From: an uncultured Alphaproteobacteria bacterium
GTDB lineage: Bacteria; Electryoneota; RPQS01
Direction: 5' to 3'
DNA length: 64,000 nt
Assembly (NCBI GenBank): GCA_964444755.1
Contig: CAYUIF010000007.1
Location: 54,249 to 118,248, forward strand
The notes beneath the pieces were generated by a model. That model was not told the DNA's origin and searched no databases. It was given only the letters and a program-made list of their open reading frames with translations. Shown in pieces: positions 1 to 10,428 of this stretch (position 1 is the first letter of the stretch; each line of letters begins with the position of its first letter). Both the position numbers and the translations under genes were made by a program.

Positions 1-637
1 AGCGGCGGGCTTTTGCAGCCAGATTCGTCGGACGGTGAGTCGTAATCACGACCGCCGTGCCGCGGGCGTGAACCGCTGCCAATAATGATTCGGCCGCGAT
101 CGCGGATTCGGGATCCAAATGCGCAAACGGCTCGTCCGCCAAGACCAAATACGGCTTATGAATCAAGGCTCGCGCAATCTGTAACCGCGCTTGCTCGCCT
201 CCCGAAAGTTGCAAAGGCTTTTTGCGCGCGCATCCGGCTAAGCCCACGTCCACTAACGCCCGCGTTCCTTCCGCTCGGCACTTGCGGGGTGGTACTCCGC
301 CGATCAGCAGCGGCACGACGGCATTGGTAAGTACGTTTTCCTGATTCAAGAACGGTGCAAACTGAAAGATCACCCCGATCCGGCGGCGCAATCGTTCCAA
401 TTCAGATGATGTCGAGCGCAGTAAATCCGTATTCAATACCTTCGCGTATCCCGATTGCAGTGGTTGCGCGCCCAATAGCGTACGCATCAGCGTGGTTTTT
501 CCGGCTCCGGTCGCGCCTTCGATGATCACCAATTCACCGCGTGCCACCGATAGTGATACTCCCGATAGCACATTGCGATTTGGAAATCCAGTCACAACAT
601 TAGATAGTTCGATTACGACGTTGCCCGGATCGGCCAT
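1..637 (-). CDS. FtsE/LolD-like ABC ATP-binding protein, 3' end runs off the window (not in the ORF track)
   Basis: Manual translation from ATG at 637: MADPGNVVIELSNVVTGF...; Walker A GATGAGKT, Q-loop IGVIFQ, signature LSGGEQ, Walker B LVLADEP, H-loop VVITTH; no stop before base 1. Confidence 0.9.
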   Translation of the reverse strand, partial: MADPGNVVIELSNVVTGFPNRNVLSGVSLSVARGELVIIEGATGAGKTTLMRTLLGAQPLQSGYAKVLNTDLLRSTSSELERLRRRIGVIFQFAPFLNQENVLTNAVVPLLIGGVPPRKCRAEGTRALVDVGLAGCARKKPLQLSGGEQARLQIARALIHKPYLVLADEPFAHLDPESAIAAESLLAAVHARGTAVVITTHRPTNLAAKARR

Positions 638-725
638 GTTTCCTCAAAATTTCGCTAAAATTCATGTTCATTTTAGTGCATGGAAGAATTTATTTCTTCT
701 ACAGCTAATTATAACAATTCAACAC

Positions 726-754
726 TTGACCTTCGAGGTAGGATTTCTTATATT
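726..754 (+). promoter_or_regulatory. Putative sigma70 promoter of hppA
   Basis: TTGACC (726-731), 17-bp spacer, TATATT (749-754), about 110 bp upstream of the start. Confidence 0.55.
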
Positions 755-867
755 GAAAGGTTGTTCTTGGTTCAATTTGTTGAAATTTATGGATTTCTAT
801 ACCAAGAACGCCGCTTTGTGCCGACTCAAGAAACTCATTTCAGCCCACAAAATCAAGGAGATTCAGA

Positions 868-2856
868 GTGAATCCCGGTGTTCTCTCACTGGTGTTCGGA
901 GCGGCTGGACTTTTAGTGGCGCTCGTGATCTATCTGAGCGTTAAAAAGCAGCCTGCCGGTACCGCCGAAATGCAAGCCCTCGGCGATACCATTCATCGCG
1001 GTGCGATGGTCTTTCTCAAGAATGAGTATCGGATTATCGCAATCTTCGCGGTGGTGATCTTCCTTCTGCTGTTTTTCTTCCATGCGCACCATGAAACCGC
1101 CTATGCCTATCTGGGCGGCGCCGCCTGTTCCTTGCTGGCCGGTTATTTCGGAATGAACGCCGCCACCAAAGCCAACACGCGCACGTCGTGGGCGGCCAAA
1201 GAAAAGGGTCAGGGCGCCGCGCTGGTGACCGCGTTTTCCGGCGGTGCGGTCATGGGACTGGCCGTGGCCTCGCTGGGTCTCTTAGGGCTGGGAGTCTTTT
1301 ACACACTGTTCAGCGGTTTCCAACCGGCGAATCTGTCGGAAGCCATTGTCGGGTTCTCCATGGGCGCATCATCGATTGCGCTCTTCGCCCGGGTCGGCGG
1401 CGGAATCTATACCAAGGCGGCTGACGTCGGTGCCGATCTCGTGGGCAAGATGGAATACGATCTCAATGAAGACGATCCGCGTAATCCCGCCGTGGTGGCC
1501 GATAATGTCGGCGATAACGTCGGCGACGTCGCCGGAATGGGTGCCGACCTATTCGAAAGTTACGTGGGAGCGATTGTCGCGGCGATTGCCATTGCCGCCA
1601 CCGCTACCCAGTATGCTTCTCTTCGCACCGAATACATGAGCTTGCCGCTGCTTCTGGCGATTGCCGGTTTGATTGCCTCGATTGTGGGAATCGTCGCCAT
1701 TCGCTTCTTCCAAAAGGGCGATCCCGCCACTGTACTGCGGGCCGGGACCGTTATTGCCGGGGCCCTCTTCTGGGTTTTCGGTTACTCGGTCAATCACTAT
1801 TTGGGACTGCCCACCAATGTCTTCTGGGCTTTAGTGGCAGGGTCCCTTTCCGGCATTATTATCGGCTTCCTGACCGAGTATTACACGTCGGCCAAGCCCA
1901 TCCGCGATATTGCTGAAGCTTCCGAAACCGGCGCGGCTACCACGATTATTTCGGGATTGGCTGTCGGCTTGGAATCGGTTGTATTCCCGATCCTGATGAT
2001 CTGCGCCGCGATTTGGGTCGCCTTTGCGCTGAACGGTCTTTACGGTATCGCCATTGCCGGTTTGGGAATGCTGGCTACCGTCGGGATTGTGATGGCAGTG
2101 GATGCTTACGGCCCCATTGCCGATAATGCGGGCGGTATCACTGAACAATGCCATCTGGGCGCGGACGTGCGCAAGATTACGGACAAGCTGGACAGTCTCG
2201 GCAACACCACCGCTGCCATGGGTAAAGGATTCGCCATCGGCAGCGCCGCGTTGACCGCCTTGGCTTTATTCTCGGCTTACACATCAGCCGCGGGGATCAC
2301 AGCCATTGACCTGACTAATGCCAACGTCGTCATTGGATTGCTCATTGGTGGTATGTTGGCATTTCTGATTGCTGCTCTGACCATGAAGGCGGTCGGTCGC
2401 GCCGCCTCGAAAATGGTCGCCGAGGTGCGCCGTCAATTCACCGAGATCACCGGCCTCTTGCAGGGCAATGCCCAGCCGGATGTCGAGCGGTGTGTGGCGA
2501 TTTCCACCCACGGCGCATTGCGCGAAATGCTCTTTCCCGGTGCGCTGGCCATAGTCGCGCCGATTGCAATGGGCTTCATCGCCGGGCCCGAAGCGTTGGG
2601 CGGACTGCTGGCGGGAGCGACCGTAGCCGGTGTGCTGATGGCGCTGTTTATGGCGAATGCCGGCGGTGCGTGGGATAACGCCAAGAAATACATCGAAAGC
2701 GGTGCGCACGGCGGCAAGGGCTCCCCCGCCCACAAGGCGGCGGTTGTCGGCGATACCGTGGGCGACCCCTTCAAGGATACCTCCGGGCCTTCGATGAACA
2801 TTCTCATTAAGCTCATGGCTATCGTCGCGCTGGTGCTCGCTCCGCTGATCCGGTAA
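868..2856 (+). CDS. hppA: Membrane-bound pyrophosphatase, K+-dependent type (probably Na+-translocating)
   Basis: 662 aa; motifs [50 protein letters not shown]; GNTTAA has Ala at the K+-dependence determinant. Confidence 0.97.
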   Translation: MNPGVLSLVFGAAGLLVALVIYLSVKKQPAGTAEMQALGDTIHRGAMVFLKNEYRIIAIFAVVIFLLLFFFHAHHETAYAYLGGAACSLLAGYFGMNAATKANTRTSWAAKEKGQGAALVTAFSGGAVMGLAVASLGLLGLGVFYTLFSGFQPANLSEAIVGFSMGASSIALFARVGGGIYTKAADVGADLVGKMEYDLNEDDPRNPAVVADNVGDNVGDVAGMGADLFESYVGAIVAAIAIAATATQYASLRTEYMSLPLLLAIAGLIASIVGIVAIRFFQKGDPATVLRAGTVIAGALFWVFGYSVNHYLGLPTNVFWALVAGSLSGIIIGFLTEYYTSAKPIRDIAEASETGAATTIISGLAVGLESVVFPILMICAAIWVAFALNGLYGIAIAGLGMLATVGIVMAVDAYGPIADNAGGITEQCHLGADVRKITDKLDSLGNTTAAMGKGFAIGSAALTALALFSAYTSAAGITAIDLTNANVVIGLLIGGMLAFLIAALTMKAVGRAASKMVAEVRRQFTEITGLLQGNAQPDVERCVAISTHGALREMLFPGALAIVAPIAMGFIAGPEALGGLLAGATVAGVLMALFMANAGGAWDNAKKYIESGAHGGKGSPAHKAAVVGDTVGDPFKDTSGPSMNILIKLMAIVALVLAPLIR

Positions 2857-2877
2857 TCTACTTCAGATACGCAAATG

Positions 2878-2910
2878 AATCGGGCAGTCATTATTGACTG
2901 CCCGATTTTT
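2878..2910. terminator. Intrinsic terminator between convergent hppA and GT-C gene
   Basis: 13-bp stem AATCGGGCAGTCA/TGACTGCCCGATT followed by a T-run. Confidence 0.85.
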
Positions 2911-2916
2911 TACTTG

Positions 2917-4377
2917 CTACAATCGCTGATAAAGCGCAGCCCCATGCCATCGAGTTCTGAATGACTTCCGAAATTCGTACCGCTCTTTGAACCACTCCTC
3001 ATAAACCATATCCTCGACTCCCGGCATTGCCGGATCCTGAAAGAGGAGATAGTCCGGCCGGAAGTAATGAACGTACCACGCGAAATCCCGCGATCGCAGG
3101 TGTACGATTACTTCCGGAGTTACTAATCCGGCCCCGTCAATCACCGTACCCTTTTCATAGTGAAAACGAAGCACTCCGATGCAATTCGTTCCCACAGAGG
3201 AACCGAGATCGGCATTATTATTTAGCCACTCGGCGGCATTCCGATAGTTCTCTTCAGGAGCCGATTTCGGCTGTTTCATCCCGATGATCGGAAATATAAA
3301 TCCCACGGCAATTAGCGTCGTATAGATCAACGGAATGAGTAACTTGTGAGGGACTTGAAGTTGTATCAACCGGTTGTCGACTTCAACGATTGGTAAAGCG
3401 ATGATCAGTGTCATACTTAAGGCCAAGGGAGCGTAATACCATTCATAAGCCGGTGCTTGCAGAATGAATCCATACACGATCAGGTATAGTGTATTCCAGA
3501 ACAGGATAATCTGAAAGACCGGATGCTGGAAAAGACTCCATTGTTTCCATCGCATTATTGCTACAGCCACACCTAACGATAGTATCACTACAGCTATTTG
3601 TGCGATTGTACTGCCGCCAAACCACGCATTTCCGGAAGTTAAACCGATGATGAAGACCGGACCCGGACCCCACAATCCGATTTTCGGTTGGATCAGTTTT
3701 GCTTCGAATGTTGAAGGTAGTAAACCACCAAAATAGAATCCACTGAACACCAGCCAAGTCGCGATGGGAACAATAAAAAGAGCGAGCATTCCTAATGTGG
3801 GGAAGCGGCGATAGCGGACGACATCATAGACTGCCAACACAATGGCTAATAAAAGCATATCCGGTCGCGCCAAGGCCGCCAGCGAAACGATTAATGCCGC
3901 CGATCTCAAGCGATGTTGGGAATAATAAAACAGCGAGATTATCCCCAGCATCATCGCCAAGTACATTTCCATTCCCACCGCCTGCGGCAACAACGGACTG
4001 GTCAATAGTATCAACGGCACCAAAAACGGAAAAAGCGAGCTGCGCTCGCTTTTAAAGGATAACATCAGAAACCAGCACATGCCTATCAGACTGACCGCTC
4101 CGATCACCTGACCGATCAGCGGAATTGTGATACCGGGAATGGATCGCGATATATACAAGAACAGTGCCAACAATAGTGTGTAAAGCGGCGAAGTTGTGGC
4201 ATTGACTCGTTCATCGGGATTGAAAACGTATCCGTTTCCGTTCGCCAAGTTCTTCGCATACGAGTAAAAAATATGGGCGTCATCCGCCTGCATGAATTGA
4301 TATCCATACAGCATTGCCGCCGCGATAATCGCACATGTAAAAATCGTGATTATTGACAGGTAGCGATGCTCCGGCAT
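2917..4377 (-). CDS. GT-C fold membrane glycosyltransferase (AftB/ArnT-like), 486 aa; true start 4377, not 5412
   Basis: MPEHRYLSII... start 15 bp after the EamA stop; DDAHIFYSYAKNLANGNGYVFNPDERVNATTSPLY luminal DD motif, ARPD motif, about 10-12 TM segments, C-terminal soluble domain. Confidence 0.8.
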   Translation of the reverse strand: MPEHRYLSIITIFTCAIIAAAMLYGYQFMQADDAHIFYSYAKNLANGNGYVFNPDERVNATTSPLYTLLLALFLYISRSIPGITIPLIGQVIGAVSLIGMCWFLMLSFKSERSSLFPFLVPLILLTSPLLPQAVGMEMYLAMMLGIISLFYYSQHRLRSAALIVSLAALARPDMLLLAIVLAVYDVVRYRRFPTLGMLALFIVPIATWLVFSGFYFGGLLPSTFEAKLIQPKIGLWGPGPVFIIGLTSGNAWFGGSTIAQIAVVILSLGVAVAIMRWKQWSLFQHPVFQIILFWNTLYLIVYGFILQAPAYEWYYAPLALSMTLIIALPIVEVDNRLIQLQVPHKLLIPLIYTTLIAVGFIFPIIGMKQPKSAPEENYRNAAEWLNNNADLGSSVGTNCIGVLRFHYEKGTVIDGAGLVTPEVIVHLRSRDFAWYVHYFRPDYLLFQDPAMPGVEDMVYEEWFKERYEFRKSFRTRWHGAALYQRL

Positions 4378-4391
4378 GGCTGATTTAATTC

Positions 4392-5276
4392 CTACGTCTG
4401 TTCTCCCGCCGGTGGAATCTCTCGCTCGAATACAATGAACAAAATACAGATGATCACAACCGCCCCGCCGATTAACGTCTGCACGGTCGGAAACTCGTTG
4501 AAGAAAATCGCCGCCAGAATCGTTGCCCCGATCGGCTCGCCCAGAATCGAAGCATTCACCACAAAGGCTCGCAAATGGCCGATGGCATAGGTCAGCAAGG
4601 AATGCCCGACCAGTGTCGGCAACAATCCCAGCAGGATCAAGCCCAGCCAGGTCTTGTCGGAATAATCTCCCAGATTGGTTCCGAGAATGAGTCCCAATAT
4701 TCCCAAAAAGATCGCCGATGAGACATTCACCACGACCATAAACGATACAATCGGCGTGCTCTGCCGCAGTTTGCGCGCCGCCAGTGAGTACAGCGAGGCC
4801 AAGATCGCCGCCGCCACCGCCAGCAGATTTCCCCACAATGCGCTTTCGGTCGGTTTGGAAAGCGTGATAATCGCCATTCCCACCAGCGCGCCTCCCAAAG
4901 CCAGAAAGGCTCGCAAGCTGACTCGTTCCCGAATTAACCATCCCCCCAACAATGCCGTCCAGACCGGTTGGGTACTGGTCAAAAAGGTCGAAGCCGCAAT
5001 GGAAGTCAGACTGAGGCTGGTAATAAAACAGATTTGATGAACGGAGATGATCATCGTGGCTAAAGCAATCGTCCCGATCCGCGACCACGAAACCGACCGG
5101 AATTCCCGCCGATAAACCGGAAATAGAAAAACTCCCAGCAACGCGATCCCGGCGACCGCCGACCTCCAAAAGGCCGCCCCCATCGGCGGAGCCGCTGCAT
5201 ACCGGACAAAGATCGAGGCTGTCGAGACCGAAAGCACCGCCGGAAGAAGTGAAAAACGGGCGCGGGAAATGCTCAT
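4392..5276 (-). CDS. EamA/DMT family transporter
   Basis: 294 aa, about 10 TM segments in two EamA repeats (STQPVWTALLG; ILGEPIGATILA). Confidence 0.92.
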   Translation of the reverse strand: MSISRARFSLLPAVLSVSTASIFVRYAAAPPMGAAFWRSAVAGIALLGVFLFPVYRREFRSVSWSRIGTIALATMIISVHQICFITSLSLTSIAASTFLTSTQPVWTALLGGWLIRERVSLRAFLALGGALVGMAIITLSKPTESALWGNLLAVAAAILASLYSLAARKLRQSTPIVSFMVVVNVSSAIFLGILGLILGTNLGDYSDKTWLGLILLGLLPTLVGHSLLTYAIGHLRAFVVNASILGEPIGATILAAIFFNEFPTVQTLIGGAVVIICILFIVFEREIPPAGEQT

Positions 5277-5914
5277 TTGATCCCGTGTTGTTTTTTATAG
5301 TCCAACCAATTCCGCTTAAGTTCAACAAAATGCTCAAAATCCGGCTGAAGCAGGAACGGGTTTTGCGTTTTCTCATCTCTAATGGTGGAGACCGGACGAA
5401 CCCCCACATCATGCCCTGGATATACCTTCGTATCGTCAGGTAATTTCAAGAGTTTATCGTGAAGGGCAAGGTATTGTTGACGGGCCCCGGACCCGAAATC
5501 GGTTCCGCCCACTTTCTCGACAAACAGGGTATCTCCCGTGAAAACTGCGCCCGGAACATACAAACAAATGCTGTCGGGGGTGTGGCCGGGGGTATGAATC
5601 ACTTGAATTGTGATTTCGCCGCAGGGTAGAGTCTGGCCGTCTTCCAAAGATACATCATGGGGCAGCATGGCTTCGGAATGTAAGGCAATCGGAGCCTCAT
5701 AGTAGCCTTTCAGTTCCCGCGCCCCGGTCATATGATCCGAATGATAGTGGGTGCCGATGATCCATCGCAGTTTCAAAGATTCCGTATTGATCCATCCGAC
5801 GAATCGTTGCGGGGCACCGGACGGATCAATCACAACGCATTCCTTGGATGTCTCATCGGTGATCAAATAGCCGAAATTGCGATCACCGGCCGTTAGGATT
5901 TGTTCGATACGCAT
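5273..5914 (-). CDS. MBL-fold metallo-hydrolase (glyoxalase II/ETHE1-like)
   Basis: THYHSDH, HTPGHT, FTGDTLF, YPGHD motifs; 4-bp overlap with the EamA start. Confidence 0.93.
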   Translation of the reverse strand: MRIEQILTAGDRNFGYLITDETSKECVVIDPSGAPQRFVGWINTESLKLRWIIGTHYHSDHMTGARELKGYYEAPIALHSEAMLPHDVSLEDGQTLPCGEITIQVIHTPGHTPDSICLYVPGAVFTGDTLFVEKVGGTDFGSGARQQYLALHDKLLKLPDDTKVYPGHDVGVRPVSTIRDEKTQNPFLLQPDFEHFVELKRNWLDYKKQHGIK

Positions 5915-6072
5915 AAACCATCAGTCATTTGTGTTTTGGCAATATACGAAAGGCGGCTTTCGGGCGCAAGCTTAAGCCGCCGGTATAGCCATCCACTCGG
6001 CTTGCAACTCGCTTAAATCTTTAGTACTTTGCTGTGGCCACAGGCGTTTGGACTACCAAACCGAAAGGCATT

Positions 6073-7311
6073 ATGAAACGCTACATTCCCTTCATAATCG
6101 CGGTTTTCGCGTTTGCATCTGCAACAATCATCCATGCTCAGAGTCTTGAATTCCAGAGCATGCAAAATCTCCCCGGACGAACTTGCATCGCTGCGGTGGA
6201 AAACTATGTTTACACCGCCGGGAACAACCACTTTGCCATCGTAGATGTGACGCGTCCGGCGTCGCCCGTATTGCGGGGACAACTTACACCCAATGCGTCT
6301 ACGATCAACGCGGTTGCGGTTGATGGAGACTATGCTTATTGCGCGGGCAATGCCACCGGATTGGTCGTCATTGATGTCTCCAATCCCGCCTCACCGGCTT
6401 GGACATCGGTTTTAACGACCGGCGCCCCCGCGCTTGGTGTGGCGGTTCACGATACGCTGGTGGCGGTGGCCGGTTCCAACGGTGTTACTCTGGTGGGCGT
6501 GCGCTCTACCGCCCACCCTCACTTCCTGACTCGCCACACGTCGGCGGCAACTTGGGTGGAATTCGATCCTTCGGGAACCTTAATTCACGTGGGTAGTAAT
6601 CAAGGAGCGCGTTTGCTGCAAATCAATACCTCCGTATCCGGTGGAGATACGACCTTCTCCCTGCAGCAAACCCATACCTACGGCACCGAGCACATGACTC
6701 CGCTGGACTTGACTGCCTCCTACGTGGATGCCGCGAATCTGGCCACGTTGACAGTATTGAATCGGACGAACTATTCGCTGGCGGGAACCTATACCGCTCC
6801 CGCCGCCATTCGTGCGATTGCCGGCGGCAGCAATGTCAGTTTCTTGGGATTGGCCAATGCCGCCGTCTATTGCATTAACCAGCAGACCGCTTCGCCGCAA
6901 TTTGCGATGGGCGTAACCACTCCCGGCGCACCGACGGGCGTGGCGATGGCATCCGGCGGCGGGTTATCTCTGGTGGTGGTTTCTCATAGCGTCGGAGTTT
7001 CAATCTATTCCTATATTCCGTTGTCGTCATCGGAAACTCCAACTCATGCTGTTCCCGATAATATCACGCTGTCGGCCTATCCTAATCCGTTCAACTCGGC
7101 GGTTACGGTGCAAATGACTATTCCGCGTGACGGAGTATACACGCTTGCGATCACCGATCTGCTCGGTCGCTTGGTTTCTACTGAAGAATTGACACTGTCC
7201 GGATCAACTTCGCACCGACTGGATTTTTCGAATCACACCGCCGGAGTCTATCTGGCGCGCTTAAGCGGTACGACCGGCACCCAGTGTATTAAACTACTCT
7301 ATTTGCCCTAA
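6073..7311 (+). CDS. Secreted LVIVD-repeat (beta-propeller) protein with T9SS type A C-terminal domain
   Basis: Signal peptide MKRYIPFIIAVFAFASATIIHA; LVVIDVSNPASP repeats; tail AYPNPFN...DLLGRLV...GVYLARL...KLLYLP. Confidence 0.8.
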   Translation: MKRYIPFIIAVFAFASATIIHAQSLEFQSMQNLPGRTCIAAVENYVYTAGNNHFAIVDVTRPASPVLRGQLTPNASTINAVAVDGDYAYCAGNATGLVVIDVSNPASPAWTSVLTTGAPALGVAVHDTLVAVAGSNGVTLVGVRSTAHPHFLTRHTSAATWVEFDPSGTLIHVGSNQGARLLQINTSVSGGDTTFSLQQTHTYGTEHMTPLDLTASYVDAANLATLTVLNRTNYSLAGTYTAPAAIRAIAGGSNVSFLGLANAAVYCINQQTASPQFAMGVTTPGAPTGVAMASGGGLSLVVVSHSVGVSIYSYIPLSSSETPTHAVPDNITLSAYPNPFNSAVTVQMTIPRDGVYTLAITDLLGRLVSTEELTLSGSTSHRLDFSNHTAGVYLARLSGTTGTQCIKLLYLP

Positions 7312-7607
7312 TGAAGTTTCTGCATCTCCTCGTTGAAGCGCTGCTCTATTATGTGGCGTGCATGCTGGTCGCCCGCAAGCGCGAAGAAGCGCCCGGTCTG
7401 ATACGGGTCTTGATCACCGTGATCATTCTGGCGTTCATCTCCGGCGGCGTGCACAACGTCATCGGCCATTTCTGGCTATCCAATGCCATCGTCTTCGTGA
7501 TAAACTTCTTTGTACTCTGGATTGGTCTGGGCATCGGCTTCTTCCGCACGATCTTGGCGGCGATCATTGTCATCGTGCTGCGTATGCTCCTCGAACAAGT
7601 GTTTTGA
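7311..7607 (+). CDS. Small hypothetical membrane protein (about 3 TM)
   Basis: 98 aa, hydrophobic; TAATG coupling with the upstream gene. Confidence 0.65.
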   Translation: MKFLHLLVEALLYYVACMLVARKREEAPGLIRVLITVIILAFISGGVHNVIGHFWLSNAIVFVINFFVLWIGLGIGFFRTILAAIIVIVLRMLLEQVF

Positions 7608-7669
7608 GCGATCTGCCTGCATTCTTCTTGCCCGTCTTTACCGATCAATCATCCGTGATACCTATCCTT

Positions 7670-8905
7670 ATGCTGAACCGCTGTCGAATTTTCTTCATTC
7701 TCGTTCTATTTCCGTTGGCATCGCTGGCGGCTGATCAACCGTGGCTCCTCGCATTTCCGGAAATCGCTCATGATTCCCGCTATGTGTATTTTCTGGGACC
7801 GAAATGGACGGCGATCTATTTATCGCCCACCGCTTCACTGACCACGATTCCCCGCGACTCACTGCAAACTCCACCGCCGGAAGTGCCGTCCGCCACCGCC
7901 GAGTTGTGGAATATCGTCTATCAATGCAACGGCAACCGGCTCCATTCCTCGGAAGCTTTTGGTCGCGACAGTGCCCGCGTTCTGCCACCACCGACTCGTG
8001 ATGCGATTCAATGTCTACCCCTTCGAGCCGGACCGCTTCCCAATCCGCTGGATTTGGTTGAAGTGATCGGCCCCCTGAAATCGCGCTACGAAAAGGTGTG
8101 GTTCGGTCTGCAATTGACTGATCCGGCCACCAACGCATCGGTCGGCGGAGTCGGTTGGTTCGATGCCGCCCTCGATCGTTTCGGTCGTCTGTATACTCCG
8201 TCCCTCGCCGGTTTTCGTCCGAGCTGGATCGGTGCGCGCAGCGATTCGATCTATGTTCTCTTTGACAAATACCGCGATACCGTTCAGGTAGCTTCGCGCT
8301 TGGTCGCTGTTTCCGCCGCCAATGGCGGAATGAATGAGATTAACTGGCAGGCGGAGGGCATTCTTGGAAATACAATCATCGCCGCCGCCCAATGGGGCGA
8401 CACCCTGCTATTTTCCACCGAACGCGCCATTGCCTTGTGGAAACCGCGCAGTCAACCTCAAGTGTGGGAGTCCCGGGCCTACGCCGCGCCGCAAAGCTGC
8501 TGGATCTATCTCAAAACTTTCCCCGACGATAATCCCGACCACGGCGAGTTGGTGAAATTCATGGTCTTGAAATCCAACACTCCCGCCGACGTTCGCGCGA
8601 AAGTCGGCGGTTGGTATCAAATCATTGCCCCGGTCGGCATTGAAGGCTATGTCAATCGCGACGATTGGGGTCGGCATGCGGGAATCTGGTCGCGCTGGCG
8701 ATGGGGGTGTGATGAACCGTGTTTTGCCCGCATCACTGTTCCCATGCGGGGTGAAATGGAAGTCGGCGATTTCATGAATGTGAAACTCACCTATTTGGAT
8801 TTCGACAACAACGGTGTCAAGGTCGGATTTCGCGCAGCCTGGGCTCGCGAGGAAGATCTCGCTCCGGTGATGATGATTCCGATTGATGACAGGGATATGG
8901 AATGA
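7670..8905 (+). CDS. Exported hypothetical protein, possible C-terminal SH3b-like region
   Basis: Start reassigned to MLNRCRIFFILVLFPLASLAA (signal peptide); KVGGWYQIIAPVGIEGYV resembles SH3b; ATGA overlap with next gene. Confidence 0.6.
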   Translation: MLNRCRIFFILVLFPLASLAADQPWLLAFPEIAHDSRYVYFLGPKWTAIYLSPTASLTTIPRDSLQTPPPEVPSATAELWNIVYQCNGNRLHSSEAFGRDSARVLPPPTRDAIQCLPLRAGPLPNPLDLVEVIGPLKSRYEKVWFGLQLTDPATNASVGGVGWFDAALDRFGRLYTPSLAGFRPSWIGARSDSIYVLFDKYRDTVQVASRLVAVSAANGGMNEINWQAEGILGNTIIAAAQWGDTLLFSTERAIALWKPRSQPQVWESRAYAAPQSCWIYLKTFPDDNPDHGELVKFMVLKSNTPADVRAKVGGWYQIIAPVGIEGYVNRDDWGRHAGIWSRWRWGCDEPCFARITVPMRGEMEVGDFMNVKLTYLDFDNNGVKVGFRAAWAREEDLAPVMMIPIDDRDME

Positions 8906-10404
8906 TGAAAAGAATCGTGCTCGGAGCTTCGTGCCTGACTACGCTTGTTGTTCTTTTGTGCCTCGCGGCTTCTTCCGTTTTTGCTCAGACCTCAGAATCC
9001 GCGGTTACCATTGCGGGAAATCTGGACAGTCTGAAAAACGCGGCTCAGACGGCTTTGGACAACTCCCAAGCTGAAGAATTATATGTATTTGCGCCCAAGA
9101 GTTATCGCCGGGCAAAGGATTCCTTTGCCGAAGCATTGCGGCTGTTGGATACGGGCCGCGAATCCGATCTCGCTGCGATTAAACTTCGGCTGTCTTTGGA
9201 TGCTCTAACCGATGCCCGCCGCGCCGCCGCCGGTGTACGCAAAGTTTACGGACCGCTTCTGCTCGAACGCCGACAGGCACGTTCGTCCGGAGCGGACACG
9301 TTAGCCTTCGATGCATGGCGCCGCGCCGAAGATCAGTTCCGCGAGAATCTCCGGCAATACGAACGCGACCCGGCATCAGTTACCGCTTCCGGAATGGAAG
9401 ATATCGCCGGAACCTATCGCGCTGCCCGTCGTGAAGCGTTGCGGACGCAATTGCTCGGCGATGCCCGCGCGCGGCTGCGGGAAGTCGAGCAGCGCGGCGG
9501 AGATAAAATCGTTCCGACGCTGCTGCTGCGGATCCATCAAGCGATCAGCCGTGCCGAGGCGCAATTAGCGCAGGAAAATATTGAATCCGCCCGGTTGAAT
9601 GCCGACGAAGCGCTGGCATGGGCGGATCATGCCCGCGCGATGATTCTCTATATCGAGCAGGCTCAAAAAGCGAAAACTCCGTGGGAGGCCGCGTTGCTTC
9701 CCTACGATGATATGCTGCTGGTTATTGCTTCGTATTTGGACGGCACGTTGGATTTGTCGGAAGGCGGTTCTGCCAGCGGTCCGCAACTGATTGCACTGAT
9801 TGATGCGCAATCCGATTCATTAAAAACGGTTATTGCCGCCCAGGATTCGCTGCACACCGCGCTGGAAGATTCCATCGAAGTGCTGCAGTCGTTGCTGACG
9901 GAGGCGCAGAACCGTATTGCCGATCTGGAGGGCGGCTCGGCTGATTCCGATTCCGGCGACACGTCCATGTCTCCCGATGAGCTGGCCCGTCGCATCACTC
10001 GCGCTCAGGAGGCTTTCAAACCCGGCGAAGCCATCGTCGTCCAAAATCCCGATGGCACCGTCGTGATCCGGCTTACCGACCTTCAATTCGCGACCGGTGC
10101 AACTAAACTGAATAAAATCCATCAAAGAATATTAGAACGAGCCATTGTCGCCATCGCGCAGTTCAAAAACGCTAAGGTGCGGGTGGAGGGCCACACGGAT
10201 AATTCCGGCGGTGCGGATATCAATGAAATGCTGTCCCATTCCCGTGCCCAACAAGTTGCCGATTTTATCGCCAAGCGAATGCGGCTTCCCGACGAACAAA
10301 TCGAATCCGTCGGTTTGGGTGAGACTCAACCCATCGCCTCCAACGAAACCGCCGACGGCCGCGCACGCAATCGCCGCATTGATATCGTGCTCACGCTTCC
10401 TTAG
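8902..10404 (+). CDS. OmpA family peptidoglycan-binding protein with helical/coiled-coil N-terminus
   Basis: Signal peptide; C-terminal LQFATG, VEGHTDNSG, LSHSRAQQV, GRARNRRIDI. Confidence 0.9.
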   Translation: MMKRIVLGASCLTTLVVLLCLAASSVFAQTSESAVTIAGNLDSLKNAAQTALDNSQAEELYVFAPKSYRRAKDSFAEALRLLDTGRESDLAAIKLRLSLDALTDARRAAAGVRKVYGPLLLERRQARSSGADTLAFDAWRRAEDQFRENLRQYERDPASVTASGMEDIAGTYRAARREALRTQLLGDARARLREVEQRGGDKIVPTLLLRIHQAISRAEAQLAQENIESARLNADEALAWADHARAMILYIEQAQKAKTPWEAALLPYDDMLLVIASYLDGTLDLSEGGSASGPQLIALIDAQSDSLKTVIAAQDSLHTALEDSIEVLQSLLTEAQNRIADLEGGSADSDSGDTSMSPDELARRITRAQEAFKPGEAIVVQNPDGTVVIRLTDLQFATGATKLNKIHQRILERAIVAIAQFKNAKVRVEGHTDNSGGADINEMLSHSRAQQVADFIAKRMRLPDEQIESVGLGETQPIASNETADGRARNRRIDIVLTLP

Positions 10405-10428
10405 TTCATTGATTCTTGAGGTAATACT

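Noticed and set aside
4378-5412. N-terminal extension of the 831-aa ORF
   Set aside because: It overlaps the EamA and MBL genes in another frame and reads as non-protein-like; the real start is 4377
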